This document shows, piece after piece, positions 38,419 through 51,161 of a DNA stretch of 64,000 nt; within the stretch, counting starts at the first letter, position 1; every line of letters begins with the position of its first letter. Source of the DNA: Camelus dromedarius. Its lineage: Eukaryota. The stretch spans positions 23,934,001 to 23,998,000 of the forward strand of contig NC_087436.1 of NCBI RefSeq assembly GCF_036321535.1. Reading direction: 5' to 3'. A program made the translations under genes and the position numbers. Below the pieces are notes generated by a model that searched no databases, was not told the origin of the DNA, and saw only the letters and a program-made list of their open reading frames with translations.

Positions 38419-41091
38419 GGAGACAGATGGGGAGACGTGCGGCCCCTCCCTCACGTTAGAAGACAGAACAAATAGGTGAAGCAATCCGTTTTCCAGAGCC
38501 CTGTGGTGGTTTCAGAGGCTGTGGACCGAGTGCCTGCTTCTCCTCAGCGTTGTCTCAATAAGAAGTAGGAAGATTTTCAGAGAGGAGATTTTTCATTTGT
38601 TCAGAGAGGACACCTGGTTTCCAAGTTGCTGATAATAAAGCATGTTTTTACCTGGAACCACCAACGTATTCTTCAGTCATGCATGGGAAGTGGCCAGACT
38701 GGTTTTTTTAGGGGTTAATGATTTGGTTAGAAATTATTTTCACTCCCATCTCTAGTGGAGACTTAAAAGATGGGTGGAATAAATGCAAAATTAACTATTT
38801 TATGAAAATATATCACACCACTACTGTTGCAAGCAAGAATTTAGCATTAAAACCAAAGAGTGATTTTTCTGACTTTTTAAAAAATCCATTAGAGACCATT
38901 AACTCACTAATAGCCTTAGTGGAAATACTTAGTTATCATATTTGTTATGAATTCTCCTTGTCATTGAAACCCGAAAATTGGGTCACCATCTAACTTTCAT
39001 CATTTCATTAGGCCTTCTTGAAAAGAGTTAAATGAAACACTTAGCAGGAAGTAGGAAATTGGGGGAAGCAACTAAGGAAGCACAAAAATGGAAAGGTTTC
39101 TTCTTCTCAGAGTGGTTTTGGGCATATTTCCTGTTATTGTTTGGCATCTTCATCCCCAGGATATAGTGTCAGAGATTTGAAAATATTCAGGGTACACACC
39201 TACCATCCTCTGCCAGTGGTATGTGTAAAATTCCTTATACTAAATTCAGATGTAAATAAATTCAGTTTTTAAAAAAGTAGAGAAGACAAGGAAAACTGCA
39301 ATTACTTAAACCCAATTTTTTGGCAGGGATCACTGTCTCTGCCAGATTTCTGGTAGCCCCGTGAGGGCAGAATGAGAACCAGGATCTGAGAGTGAGAGGG
39401 AGGAGGTGGGGCCAGTGGACCAGGGAGTGACCCCAGACACCTGCATCCTCAAAAGGGCGAGTGAATCCTTATTCTTGCCGGAAAATATACCTTGCAGTTA
39501 AAGTTGACTCTTCAGTTCCCACAGTCACTAACCGAGTCTCGGCCACCTTCCTTTCAGGTCCTGGGTGGATTTCTCCCAACCCTGCCTCCCCACTTCTCTC
39601 CTTCTGATCCAACCCTGTCCTAATCTCTGCTTTACCTGATAGCAGCCTAATCTTATTAAAGTAATGCTTTTATTATTTTAGTCCCTCTAAGAGCCTACTG
39701 TGGCTCCTTGGTTGCTGGTTAGGTCCCATGTCTGTGCCTCACTCGGACCCGTCGGTGTCAGACCCGCCCTGCCCCGCATGGCCTTCCTCCCACACACCCT
39801 AGCACATACCTTGGGGTCTCGTGTGTGGCTAGCTCCCTCCTTTCAAGTAGCTGCCTTTCCCTTCTCCTCCTCTGCTCCTTCAAATCCAAATCTACACTAA
39901 CATCCAGGCTTCCACTCAAGTCCCACCTTATCCGTGAAGTTCTTCCCAGAGAATTTTAGGGCAGGTAGGACCCTTAAAGATCACCTGGGTGGATGTTCTC
40001 ACTTTATAAAGGAGAATATGAAGCTCAGAGATGTTCAGGGACTCACCTCGACTCAGACACTCCCTAGAAACCTGTGTGTCCTGTGTGCCCCATCCCACCC
40101 CCTTTCTGCAGTGTAACTCTCCATCCCAGGTCTGACCGGGCGGATTTTATGGAAATTCTGTGGAACCAGAGCATGTGCCGCATCTCACCCTTGACAGGCT
40201 GGGATCAGCCATGAGCTTTCCAGTGAAGGGGAACTTGGTGTCTCCGCTGGGATGTTAGTATCCCTATGGGACCAAGGCCATGACTGCCCTTCTCTTAGAC
40301 TCCACCCACAACCCCTGCCACTGTGCTGGGGTGCTGGAGGCCCTTGGGGACTCCCTGAGCAATCAAAGCTTTTTTAGAAGTGAGATGTTATATCTGAATT
40401 GGAAGAAAACTTTCATGGCAACTTACACATTCCACACGTGATGTTCTAGTGCTCCAACTGCGGGGGGAGGGTTTGTAGTGTGTACTTGTTTTCTGGGTAG
40501 TCGATGCATTTTAGCCATGGAGTGGTAGTACCTTACTGCACCGCAAATCAAAGTTGTAAACACAACACATACCCATGGATTTGGGGTATTTGATTAAGAA
40601 AATCAGCTGTTTGCTTTTTTGTTTTGTTTGATGGTTTGTTGGTTTTACCAGTGATCAGGGATTCTCTAGGAAAAATCAACTCTGGGATATGGAAATTGAA
40701 CTGGAAAAAGTGCCATTCAGGATTGTGTAGTACTGTCCAACTTCCAGTGACAGGCATAAGGCTCCGTGTTCTTCATGTTCTTGAACCGGATCTTGAACTT
40801 ACGTTAGGTTAGCAGCCTTGGCAATCTATCTTACTGAGCTAGTCACCCCTTTGTCATCTGAGTCCCTCAGCAGAAAGTGAATCAGAGTATTCCAGACCTC
40901 TCTAGGTTCCTACCCAGGGTGTGTGTGCATCTGACTGCAGGATATTTGGGCTCTGTTCCCAGCAAACCTCTGGACACGTTGAGAACGAGCAGGACCCGGC
41001 TACAGCTACACATATGTCCACGGTGACTGGGCCCTGTGGCACCCAGGGGGTTGGCCCCTCCATGTTGTGTCATATCTCTCAGCATCCTGTG

Positions 41092-41429
41092 TAGTCAGCC
41101 CTCAGAACCCACTGGTTCAAATCCACAGATTCAACCAACCACAGATCAGAAATATTCGAGGAAAAAAATCCAGAAAGTTCCAAAAAGCAAAACCTGAATT
41201 TGCTGTGCCTGGCAACTTTTTACATTGTGCTTACATTTATTTACAGCTACGTGTAGCATTTACATTGCATTAGGTAACAAGTAATCTAAAGATGTTTTAA
41301 ATACAGGGAGGATGTGGATAGGTTATATGCAACTACACCATTTCATACAAAGACTTGAGCATCCGTGGATTTTGGTATCTGCAGGGGGTCCTGGTACCAA
41401 TCCCCCTCAAGGATACCCAGGGGTAACTG
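41092..41429. mobile_element. MER2-like TcMar-Tigger element, near full length
   Basis: atccacagattcaaccaacc...agaaagttccaaaaagcaaaacctgaatttgct...gacttgagcatccgtggattttggtatctgcagggggtcctgg...aactg|ta. Confidence 0.88.
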
Positions 41430-42871
41430 TACATGAATGTCCACTCCTGAGGGCTTTACGTTTACTGACTAACAGGGACTCAGTGGCTGCTTCTTTGCTG
41501 GGAAATTCTCTACAACTACATCCAAAAAGAAATGAAAAATTGGCCTTGTCAACCTTTTTTTTAACAAGCTTCTAAATAAGAATTAAGAGGTAGTGTTCAC
41601 TGGGCCTTACATGGAAAGTAATCTTTGGTTAAAATTAAGCCCTGAGAACCTAAAGTAAATAAAAGCTGGCTTTTCCTGTGTGTCACGTGACAGGAACCTG
41701 AGACAGACTTAAAGTTGAATTTGGGCGTTCATCCCCCACCCCGACCTTCCCCATTCTCAACAGGTTTCCAGCCATTTATATTTAATCTCAGCTTCCAGAT
41801 AAGGTTTGGTCAACTTGGGAAAGACTTCATCATTGCCGGTGGAGAAATTCTCTATTAAGATAAGGTGGAGGCTAAAGAGGAGGAAGTAAAGTAATTAGTT
41901 GGACGGAGGTAAAAGAAACTAAGCACGTATGTGACAGAAATGGTCAAAAGGTAAGGAAGTCTGGAAATGCACTCCTTGGTGCTGGGGAAGTGCTCCCAGG
42001 TTGATAAATGCCCTGAGCAGCAGGTTAGATCTCTCCAGCCGACTCCAGCATTAATCAGCGCGACCCTCCTGTTCTGATTTTGACCTCCCACGAGCAGTCA
42101 GCGTGGAGAGGAGGCACGGGTATGGGAGCTCTTACAGGAGGCGTGCGGTTTAGGTGAAGTGTGCGCACGAGTCACACGTACGCTGTGAAGGAGCTGAGCT
42201 GGATCTGGGAAGAGGTGTTAGGTTGGCTGAGCTAGAGGAAGAATTGGCACAAGAAACTTTCAGGAAACAGAGAGAGAGGGTGGGCATTTGAGTTGACATT
42301 ATGAGAAAGGGGTCAGTTCAGACCAGGCTTTAGCTCCTGGAGAAGGGGGCAGGAAACTAGTGAGACATCCCAGATGTTTAAGCAAAAATGCTTGGGCTTT
42401 TAGAAGGCATACACGGCAAAAGATACCTGGCACATAACCCCCATCTTAGAAGATCTCTGTTGCTGCTGTCGACACAAATGGATTTCTTCCTGGGTAAAAT
42501 GAAAGTGTCACAAAAACTTCACCTTCATTCTAGGGTCTGCTTCCGTATTTAGTTATCAACTTAATGTTTATCCTGAGCAAAAGGTGGTCATTTGTGAACA
42601 GGGATATTTTCCTCGGTGCAGCTGAGGAGCTGGCCTGACCATTAGGAAAGAAAAAAATATGAGCTGAATATATAGGCCCTGCCTAGAGTTTCTAATTCCT
42701 AGTTTTTGCGAAAATTGATGATAATGAGAGAAAACATTTATGAGCACTTGCTGTATGCCAAGCCCTGCTGAGTCCGACTACTTCAGAGAAGTTCTGGTGA
42801 AATGAGTGGAAAGTTTAAGATCTTGGAGAGGATAATTTCTAATTGCTTCCAGATTCCTTTATCCAGGTTAC

Positions 42872-42874
<3 letters not shown>

Positions 42875-42920
<46 letters not shown>
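42875..42920. repeat. (GT)23 perfect microsatellite
   Basis: Read directly. Confidence 0.97.
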
Positions 42921-42923
<3 letters not shown>

Positions 42924-44867
42924 ATGCAGACTCAGGTGCTGTGTTCACTGCCACATAATTGCAAGCAGGGAAACTCCCTTTGAGGCCCATACTTCTAAAA
43001 GCACTTTTCGCCCAGTTTGTCCCAACTCGTCTCAAGGTTAACCAAAGACCTGGGAGATTTCTATTTCTTGGAGTCACCTGGTATATTTACAAAATGAAGA
43101 AAGACCAATGCATTTTTTTCCAAAAGAAAGTAATGTTTATTTTTAAAAATACAGTGTAGTGTAATCATACCATTCACAAGATAAATATGGGACTTATGAA
43201 GATATTATTCATCATGGACTTGGAGCAGTGGGCTGGAGTTACAGGGCATGCCTTAAGCGGTAAAATAGGAGGCATCTTTCACTCCTATCAGGGTTTCTCA
43301 GTGACCCCATGTAAAACCTTGTGTGAAGAATATATCAAAAGATCTAAACTCGAGGAATCTTTGTGGCTGTAAGGCCCAGGGTCCGATGGTCTTTCAGAAA
43401 GGTCCCCCTTTCTGACCCTCTGTGAGCCCCTCTCCCAGACCTGCTTCCTCTAAGAACCTGGTTCTCAGCCCAAATCTCCTAAGTGTTAAAGTACTAACCC
43501 TGGATTTCTAAATGCAACTCCTTTTTCCTCCTCTCTCACACCTTCCCCCGAGTCCTGACCTCCTGCAACCCCACCACGACAACTGGCCTGCCTCTGCTCT
43601 CAGGAGTGCGGTGAGGGCTGCCCTCCCCTCGAGTCTCCCTGTGGTCACACCTGGTTTGCCCGCAGATAGGTTCAGCCGTGAGAAAATCAGCAAAGCAAGC
43701 TGACACAGACCCTCCCACTGGCAGCATCTCCCAGAGCGGGAGGGAGACCAGGGGACGGCTTTGTAGAAGTGGCTCTTCCCAGATGGTCAGAGCCAACATC
43801 CCTGAGCCATCCTCCCCAGGTTGCGGAGAGGATGGAGGGGATGGAGGACGCCCAGGCTTCTCTGCACAGCATGCCCTCGAGCCCCGAGCTTCCCTTCCTT
43901 TCCCTTCCCTTCTTCCTGTCTTGTAGTGGTTGCAGCAGAGAGCTCTATTTGGCAGCGTGGTGGGGCTCTTGTCTATAAATGGAAACATTGGCCTGACTCC
44001 CAGTATAACACAAGATAGGCCTCTGCAGCAGTTATGCAATCTTTGCCGTGATGACTTCATCAGAAGGAGGGGAGGCAATGAAAGAAAAATGGACGGTGTC
44101 GGGGAACAGTAGCTCCGGGAGGAAAACTCTTCCCAGCAGGTCAGCGGAAGACCGTTTCCTTCCCCCTCTCAATTTTTAAATCAAGGAAACAAAGATAGCA
44201 GACGTATCTGCTATCTGGGTAAAAACCCTAATTCCTGGTGAAGCTGACGAACCATTCGCAGTCCACGTGTCCAGACAGCAGCCACGTAGATGGCGGGCAG
44301 ATGCGGTGTCCACCTCTGTAGGGCTAGGTTTTCTTTCAGCGCCGCAGAGGAGACAGACTCTGGGGTCCAGCGATGGTTTTCACTCATCTCTCGAGTTCTT
44401 AAACTCTTAAGGTTAGGCTGGTACTGGCCATGCTCTGTGGTTTAAAGACTAGAAAGGAGAAGAACCCCAGAGAGCAGGTTGGTGCCCCAAAGAGAAACTT
44501 GTCCAGGTGGAACAGAGAATTCTTGGAAGATGGTCGGTGTCCTTCGGAGCCTTCTCTGGGACGTGGGTGCTCTGGCTGAGTTGTTGAACCCGCGGCCAAA
44601 CCCAGTGTGTTCACATTCGTGCCATGTCTGGGTCTTGACGGGAGGACTGCTGGTTAAGAATGTCTACTGCACACTCCAGAGCATGAGGTGGAAATAGCCC
44701 AGGTCCCAGACACAGCAGGAGCCACTCTCAAGCTTACTACATTCCATTCCTTGTCTCTTTAGCCTAAATATTCCTAATGAGGTTTTGTGGGTTTTTGGCT
44801 GGACATCAAGGGAAGGCAGGGTGGGTATATTATAGTTTAATGAATTCTCTAAGTGTTGGCCATTTAA

Positions 44868-44935
44868 GTTTCTTTCTTTATTCCTTCCTTCCTTCCTTTC
44901 TTCCTTTCTTTCTTTCTTTCCTTCTTTCCTTTTTC
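44868..44935. repeat. (TTCC)/(TTTC) pyrimidine-rich simple repeat
   Basis: Read directly. Confidence 0.85.
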
Positions 44936-47349
44936 ACTACTTGAAATCATTTAAGCTATTTAGGATAAATCTTTACACAAGCTATGACTATTTCCAGGAG
45001 ATGAATCCTTAGAAATGGAATTTCAGGGTATGATGCAGTCAAGTCTTTGATCACCTTGTCCTTCTGCTCTGGAAGCCACTCCCCTCTTGGCTAACAGAGC
45101 TGTTCCGAGACATTACTTCCTCTGGGAAGCCTTCAGACCCCTCCCCAGGCACATTCAGCTGCTGCCACTGCTGGGTTCCCTTGCTCTACTCCTTGTAGAA
45201 GGTCCAGGGATGTGGCTGTGCCACGTTCTCTACAACGATGCTGTGAGCTGCCCAGGAACTAGGGGGTCCTCACCCCGCATCAGAACTGGGGACTCCCTGA
45301 AAACAGGCAGATATGCCTTTTTTCTTTTTCTTTTCTTTTCTTTTGTCAGTTTAAAGACTATTTTTTAGAGCATGAGACTTAAAATAATATTATGTTTGTA
45401 ACAAACTGAAAGAGCATGAAAATATAAATCACTTATCACCCTCGTCTAACACGTGTATTCTGTGGCTGTTTTTTCTTCCCCTCTTAACTATACGTTGTAA
45501 GTTTTTTATGTGATTAGATAGCCTAGGAAGGCATGATTTTTATTGGCTGCCTAGTATTCAAGGTATAGATGTACCATAATTTATTTAATCAGGCTCCTAT
45601 TGTTGCACACTAATGAACTTTTAACCAGTTTAGAGTAGCTGTGGTAGTGGAATTAATCACAACAAAGGAATCAAAAGGACTCTATAATTTACATCAAAGG
45701 CAGCGGAGAAGCCTAACTCTTCATGTTGTGTTTCCACTGGAGGGACCTATGGTAACTATGTTCAAAGCACTGATAAGGACAAACGGTATTTTTGTTGTTT
45801 TTAACCCCCAAGTAAGTCCTTGAAAGCCTGACCTTCCTGTGGCTGACGGCACTCTCCCATCTCGCTCCGGCCTACCAACTTTAACCCCTTCTTTCATCTT
45901 CAGCTGAAGCTCCAGGAGTCCGGGGAAGCAGTCCATTACAGGGTAACTTTTTATCCTCCTCTCCAATCATACGTGATGTCAGTCTAGGCTACAGTTCAGC
46001 ACAGTCGGTTCAGTTCAGCAAAGATTTATTCCTTTGCAGCTGTTGACCTAGCTCTGTGCCAATGCTGGAAGACTCATAACAAAACCGAAAGACCTCACAG
46101 GCATACTGCCTTAAGGATCATATCCTACCAGAAAATTACTGCTTATCATAAGCATTTGGAAAGTTAGAACTTTCTACCTCTCTTATGTTACTTAGTAAGA
46201 AATAGTGGTTCAATCATGTATATGGGGCGGGGAGCTGAGGAGAAACACAAAACGCATCAAAATATTAACATGGTTGCCTGTGATTGTTAAAAATGAATAT
46301 TGCCCTTTTTTTTAATACTTTTAGACAATATTTTAAACTTTTCCCAGTGATCGTGGGGGAAATCAGCAAAACACGTATTCATTAAAGAGTCAAATTTTGG
46401 GTAGGAACGCCGTCCTGCTCACTGAGAACCTAGAAAGAAAACCAAGTTTAGAGTGTTAGTCCTCATTATCCTAGGAGCTAAGCTAGAACCAGAGACACAG
46501 CATCTCTCTCAACCTCACTTTCTAGAGCTGCATGATCAAGAGCTCATAGCAGTAATAGTAATAACAACAAGCTATGTGTTGTGTGGTCAGGGTGTGCCAG
46601 TCACTGGGCCCTTGATGGAGCCGAGTTTCTACCCAAGCTTGTCGGTTCCCCCAATGCAAACCACTCCTTAGAGGCTGAGCAAAGAACTTTGCTGAACCCA
46701 TTTAGCAGGCTTAGCATTGGGCCCGAGTTACTGGCCCTTTCAGTGATAAGCTTCCTAAATTGGTCAACTGCCTCAAAACTCAACCATCTTGGGGACCCAA
46801 CCACCACACATCATATCCACATTTATCCAAGCTTCTTCAATAATCTGCCAAAACAGGGGGGTTTCTTTGGGGTAGGCCCTGTTGGGGCTCTACTATGAAT
46901 TTATCGTAAGCAACTCTTAAAACCCACAGTGAAAAACTGTTCTGGATAAGGACAAAGAAAGTCTGTAAAAGAAGCCACCCTCCTGAAACCAAGTTTCTGC
47001 CCTGACACTTGATCAACTTCAAAGAGAAGTCTAGGGTTTGATTTTATTTTATTTCTTCCTTCCATTTATGGTTGAACGGTCTAATCTTATGCCCTTTCTT
47101 TAAATGTCGAAGTTGATACCACAAAGGCATCCTAATTTTGGGTATCAGGCAACATATAAAAAAATGATGTATATTTTTGTGCTCTTTCAGCTTCATCCTT
47201 TGATCCCAACAGAGTTCCTACCTTTTCATTCTATGCCCACTTCTCTCTCCCCCACCCCCTTCCCATTTCTCTTTACTCCAGAGTCCTCTTGGGTGGTCTG
47301 CTCAATTTAGACCAGATGCATGTTCTGGCCAGTGGAAAAGTCAGAATCC

Positions 47350-47665
47350 CAAAGACCACCATCAGCTGTGGGACATCGGGCGAGTTACTTAACCTCTCAG
47401 AGACTCAGATTTTTTTAAATCAAGAAAATAAGTTTATGTATAGCACAGATATTCAATATCTTCTAATAACCTGTAAAGAAAAAGAATATGAAAAGGACTA
47501 TATATGTATGTATGTATGACACATTATGCTGTACACCAGAAATTGACCCAACATTGTAAATTGACTATACTTCAACTAAAAAAAAAAAGAGTTTAATTAC
47601 GCAGATGAAAACACCCAGCAGTGCATTTTGCATACAGTAGGTGACTCATAAGTGTTAGTTGTCTT
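47350..47665. mobile_element. MIR interrupted by an L1 3' end
   Basis: gctgtgggacatcgggcgagttacttaacctctcagagactcag on the left; catacagtaggtgactcataagtgttag on the right. Confidence 0.65.
47437..47588 (+). mobile_element. Younger 5'-truncated artiodactyl-type L1 3' end
   Basis: tgtatagcacag...atattcaatatctt...gaaaaagaatatgaaaa...tgctgtacaccagaaattgac...gactatacttca plus A tail; both flanks end in agttta. Confidence 0.8.
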
Positions 47666-48101
47666 CTTCCATTGTTGCTTCTGGTCTTATTCATATTTGA
47701 AGAGTCTTTTCTGACCAGAGTGGACTTTCCTACCTTATATCAGACCAGGGGACAGAAGGCTAATGATGTTTGATGCTCCCTTCCTGAGCAAGGGAGTTTG
47801 GCTTCACCTCCTCCTCAATCTTGGCTGCTCCTCAGCCTCCAAGCAGAGCAGCAGGAATACTGATCTTTCTGAAAGAATCATGGCCATAGGCCCCTTTTAG
47901 AATTCTTGAGTTTACATTGCCTGAGCAGCCCTCTGAAAATTTGAGTTTTCTCCCAAATGTAGAAGAATCGGCAACAGAAATCTAAGCAACTCAGCATTCT
48001 GACTTACTTTTGAAAGTGCAGGGTCTGCAGTCTGATCAGGGCACAGAGAGTGCTGATACCCTAGGCTGCAGTCAGTGCCCATAAACCAGGAATATTTGCC
48101 G

Positions 48102-48270
48102 CAGTGATTCTCAAAACATGGGGCAAGGTAATTATCCGAGGGCATGTTAAACTGCTCCCAGAGACTCTGATACCTGAGGCCTGGGGCAGAGCCTGAGAAT
48201 CAGCATTTCTAACGAGCTGCCAGGTGATGCCGACGCTGCTGGTTCCAGAACCACACTTAGAGAACCCCTG
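48102..48270. mobile_element. MER5A-like hAT-Charlie MITE
   Basis: Termini cagtgattctcaa / tagagaacccctg; gcctgagaatcagcatttctaacgagctgccaggtgatgc; flanks atttgccg / atttagcc resemble an 8-bp TSD. Confidence 0.85.
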
Positions 48271-48879
48271 ATTTAGCCGGTTATCATTCCGCAACAGCCC
48301 ACATTGGAAGTGGGGAGGTTTTAGCCTCTTCTTAGCCATTTTCTCTCTATAGGCCTTTCATCTCCAAAGTCTCCATTGTCGAGGGAATAGTTCTGTGGAT
48401 ATGATTTTCATTTGAGGAGGTGGGGACTGAAACCCGAGAGGTCAAATGGTTCCCTGAGCCTCAGAATGCCAGTTCACCATCCTGGGCCTCTGAGAGTCAC
48501 AGCCGGACGCCTCCACCCAGAGCTGCAGTGGGTGTCGGATTCTCTGACATGAAACTGCTGAACTCTTTCCCAGCAAACGTGATGTTCTGCGTAAAACGTC
48601 AGCTTCCACCTTTGAAAAGACTCCCTCCCTCCTTCTGAAACTTAAAACTTGAATAGTACCTTTGCAGGAGAAAGCCCTTTCCCCCGCCCCCCCCTAGTGT
48701 TGAAGGGTTGGATATAGCAGTGTCTCCATGTATAGAATCTAGGCAAAATTCCTTTGGAGCTTAAGTTTTTGTTTTTATTATTTTTCTTTAATTACTTTAG
48801 TCTCTTCAGTGTGTGTGAAAAGCACAGATCTGTTTTCTGGGACATGCTTGTGTATGTATTAATTTCACTTTTTCCTACC

Positions 48880-50170
48880 ACAAACACACCCCTCTCCCTC
48901 CTCCCCCGACTCGCGCCCCCTGTGCCCTCGGTTCCCAGTTCCTTCTTAGCGGCCCGCACACACGGCGGGCGTGGTGGGGAGGGGAGTGGGGGCGGGAAGT
49001 GCGCCCCCGGAGCGCGTCCCAGCCTCACCAGTTGCGGAGAAGCGCGCGGGCCAAGGATGTCGGGGCCCCTGGGCGCCTTGCCAGCGGCCCCACGCCCACC
49101 CCCAACCCGGCAGCCCCTGCCCGAACCCCTACCGCCTTGTCGGTTTCTTTGTTAAGCACGCCTGCGCCAAGAGGCATCTCCGGGCCTGCCGGGGGCGCAC
49201 GGGCCCCACTCCTGACTTCTTAGAGTTCCCTGAGGACTTGTAAGAATATAGGCTTGAGTCGAGAGGCTAAATTACGCCCCAGGGGACTTTTTAAGTAAAA
49301 TTCTAAATTTCATTTAGGCTCTTCGTAGTCCTTGCGATGCAGAGACACTGAGCCCACGCTCGCCCCCACCGCTGCCCTCCCTGCGCTGGCTTCGTGCAGC
49401 CAGGACTACGGGAAACCCTGTCCCTCTTGGACGATCCGCCCCGGGGTCTGAGTTACGCCACTGTCCCTACACTCACGGGTCGCCACCACCCCCCATCATC
49501 TCCTCCCGCTCTCAGCCCTTCCATTTCTTTCCACGGCCTCCCCCACCCCAACGTGAAATCTCCCTCCCCTCGGGCTAGAAGCAAAGTCGGTAATAAGAAA
49601 CCAGTTCAGTGTCAGTCAGAGAGAGGGGGGAGATAACCCTAGAGATACACGGCAATGGAGAGAGAACTCATTTTGTGTAAAGAGGGCCTCGAGTCACCAG
49701 GGAATTCCTGGATTGTCTCAGGCTGTCGTGTGTGATGTCCATCACGCCGTGCGAACACCATCTGCTCGGTATTATGCTCTCAGTTGCCAGGCTACCTGCT
49801 GTACGCAGTAACACTTGACTGCCTGGCTCCACGCTCGCAGCGTTAGCCCAGACGCGCAGGGCGGGGGGACGGGAGGGGGAGGAAGGCGAGTCATGATTAA
49901 GCCATCTGCAAGCTGGGGGTGGGGGGACACACCGCGCGGGCGGAGCGGGCGGGCTGGCAGCGAGGACCGGGCTGACACCACCATCTGCTGGGGCAGAGGG
50001 AGAACAGCAGCTGCTCCTTGTTCTCCCACGAGAACACCTGAAAAAAGGCTGAAGCCCTGGGCGCCCTCCAGCCAGTTCTCCGTGAAGTCCCATCACCTCA
50101 GTCTCATCGCCGCTGGCAGCCTTTTGCAACCCTTTCGCTAAGGAGACTACAGTCTTTGGTTCGCCGCAGC
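48880..50170. promoter_or_regulatory. Intragenic CpG island (candidate internal promoter or enhancer)
   Basis: Dense CpG and GC content at 48900-49200, 49350-49500 and 49740-50165 in a CpG-poor intron; GC boxes; no repeat similarity noticed. Confidence 0.8.
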
Positions 50171-51161
50171 ATCCTGGGCCCATCTCAGCCAAACACGGTT
50201 CGTGTTCTTGAAAACACGAAGGAGAAATAAAGCTTCCCGACGCTCAGATTTATAAATAAACAGCTGGCTGCTCTTGGGAGATATTTTTACCACAGCTGTT
50301 TTTTGAAGTAGAAAACTGCCTCTTTGGGGGAGGTCGGGTGTTTTTTACACCTCCTACCTCTCTCCAGCCCTTAGAAAATTGCTAAGATCTTTTCCCTGGA
50401 GCAGAAGATAAGTAAAATAGGTTCAATGGTTTTGATTTTTTCCCCCTCCCTTTATTTTACTGAAGAGTGAGAGCTTTGGGGAGCAATGAAGATCTATGTA
50501 GTCAATTGGATTTCTGAGGGGAAGAGGCTGAATTAGGATTCTGGGTAGAAGGCAAGGGAGGTCGTTGGGCAGGGGGTGGAGTGGAGAACAAGCTAGTAAT
50601 TAAAACTAAAAATAATGTATCATTTGGCTTCAAGGCATTACATTTCTGGTGACGAAAGCACAGCCTGGTTTTCTCTAATTGCACACAGTGTGTGTCCTCC
50701 TTAGAAATGAGAGCAGTGGTTTGAAGTCCTGAAATTCCACAGACTATTGCTCATTAAGCCCTCTTAGACTGGAGGTTAAAAGCCACCATGTCATATGAAA
50801 CGGCTAATGGCCTCAGCCAGCTCAATTTGTAAGGTGAGTCACTTGGTTGGTTTTCACATTTGGCATACACACCCGAGGCTGGGGCTCTAGGTGTCACTCA
50901 CCTGCTGTTGAATGCAGCAGAGATGGCTGGGAAAGTCCTAAAGGTGTATCAGCGTAGACTCGGGGATGTTTCATATGGAAGGCAGTCCTTTAAAAATGCA
51001 CGTAGCCCTCCTGCCTCTTGGTCTTCAGGCCTTCAGTGAGAAACTTGAAGGCAAAACCTTTGAGAGAGAACCATTTGGGAAAACATATAATTCTGAAAAG
51101 TAATAACTGGACTATCCCTTTGGGAAGGTTTTTTCCCCCTACTGTGCTTTTGAAGTACATA

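Noticed and set aside
43536..44078. 180-aa ORF and overlapping ORFs
   Set aside because: GC-rich sequence with open frames on both strands, no recognisable domain or splice support.
48754..50192. ORFs across the CpG island
   Set aside because: Pro/Arg/Gly-rich frames expected from stop-codon scarcity in GC-rich DNA.
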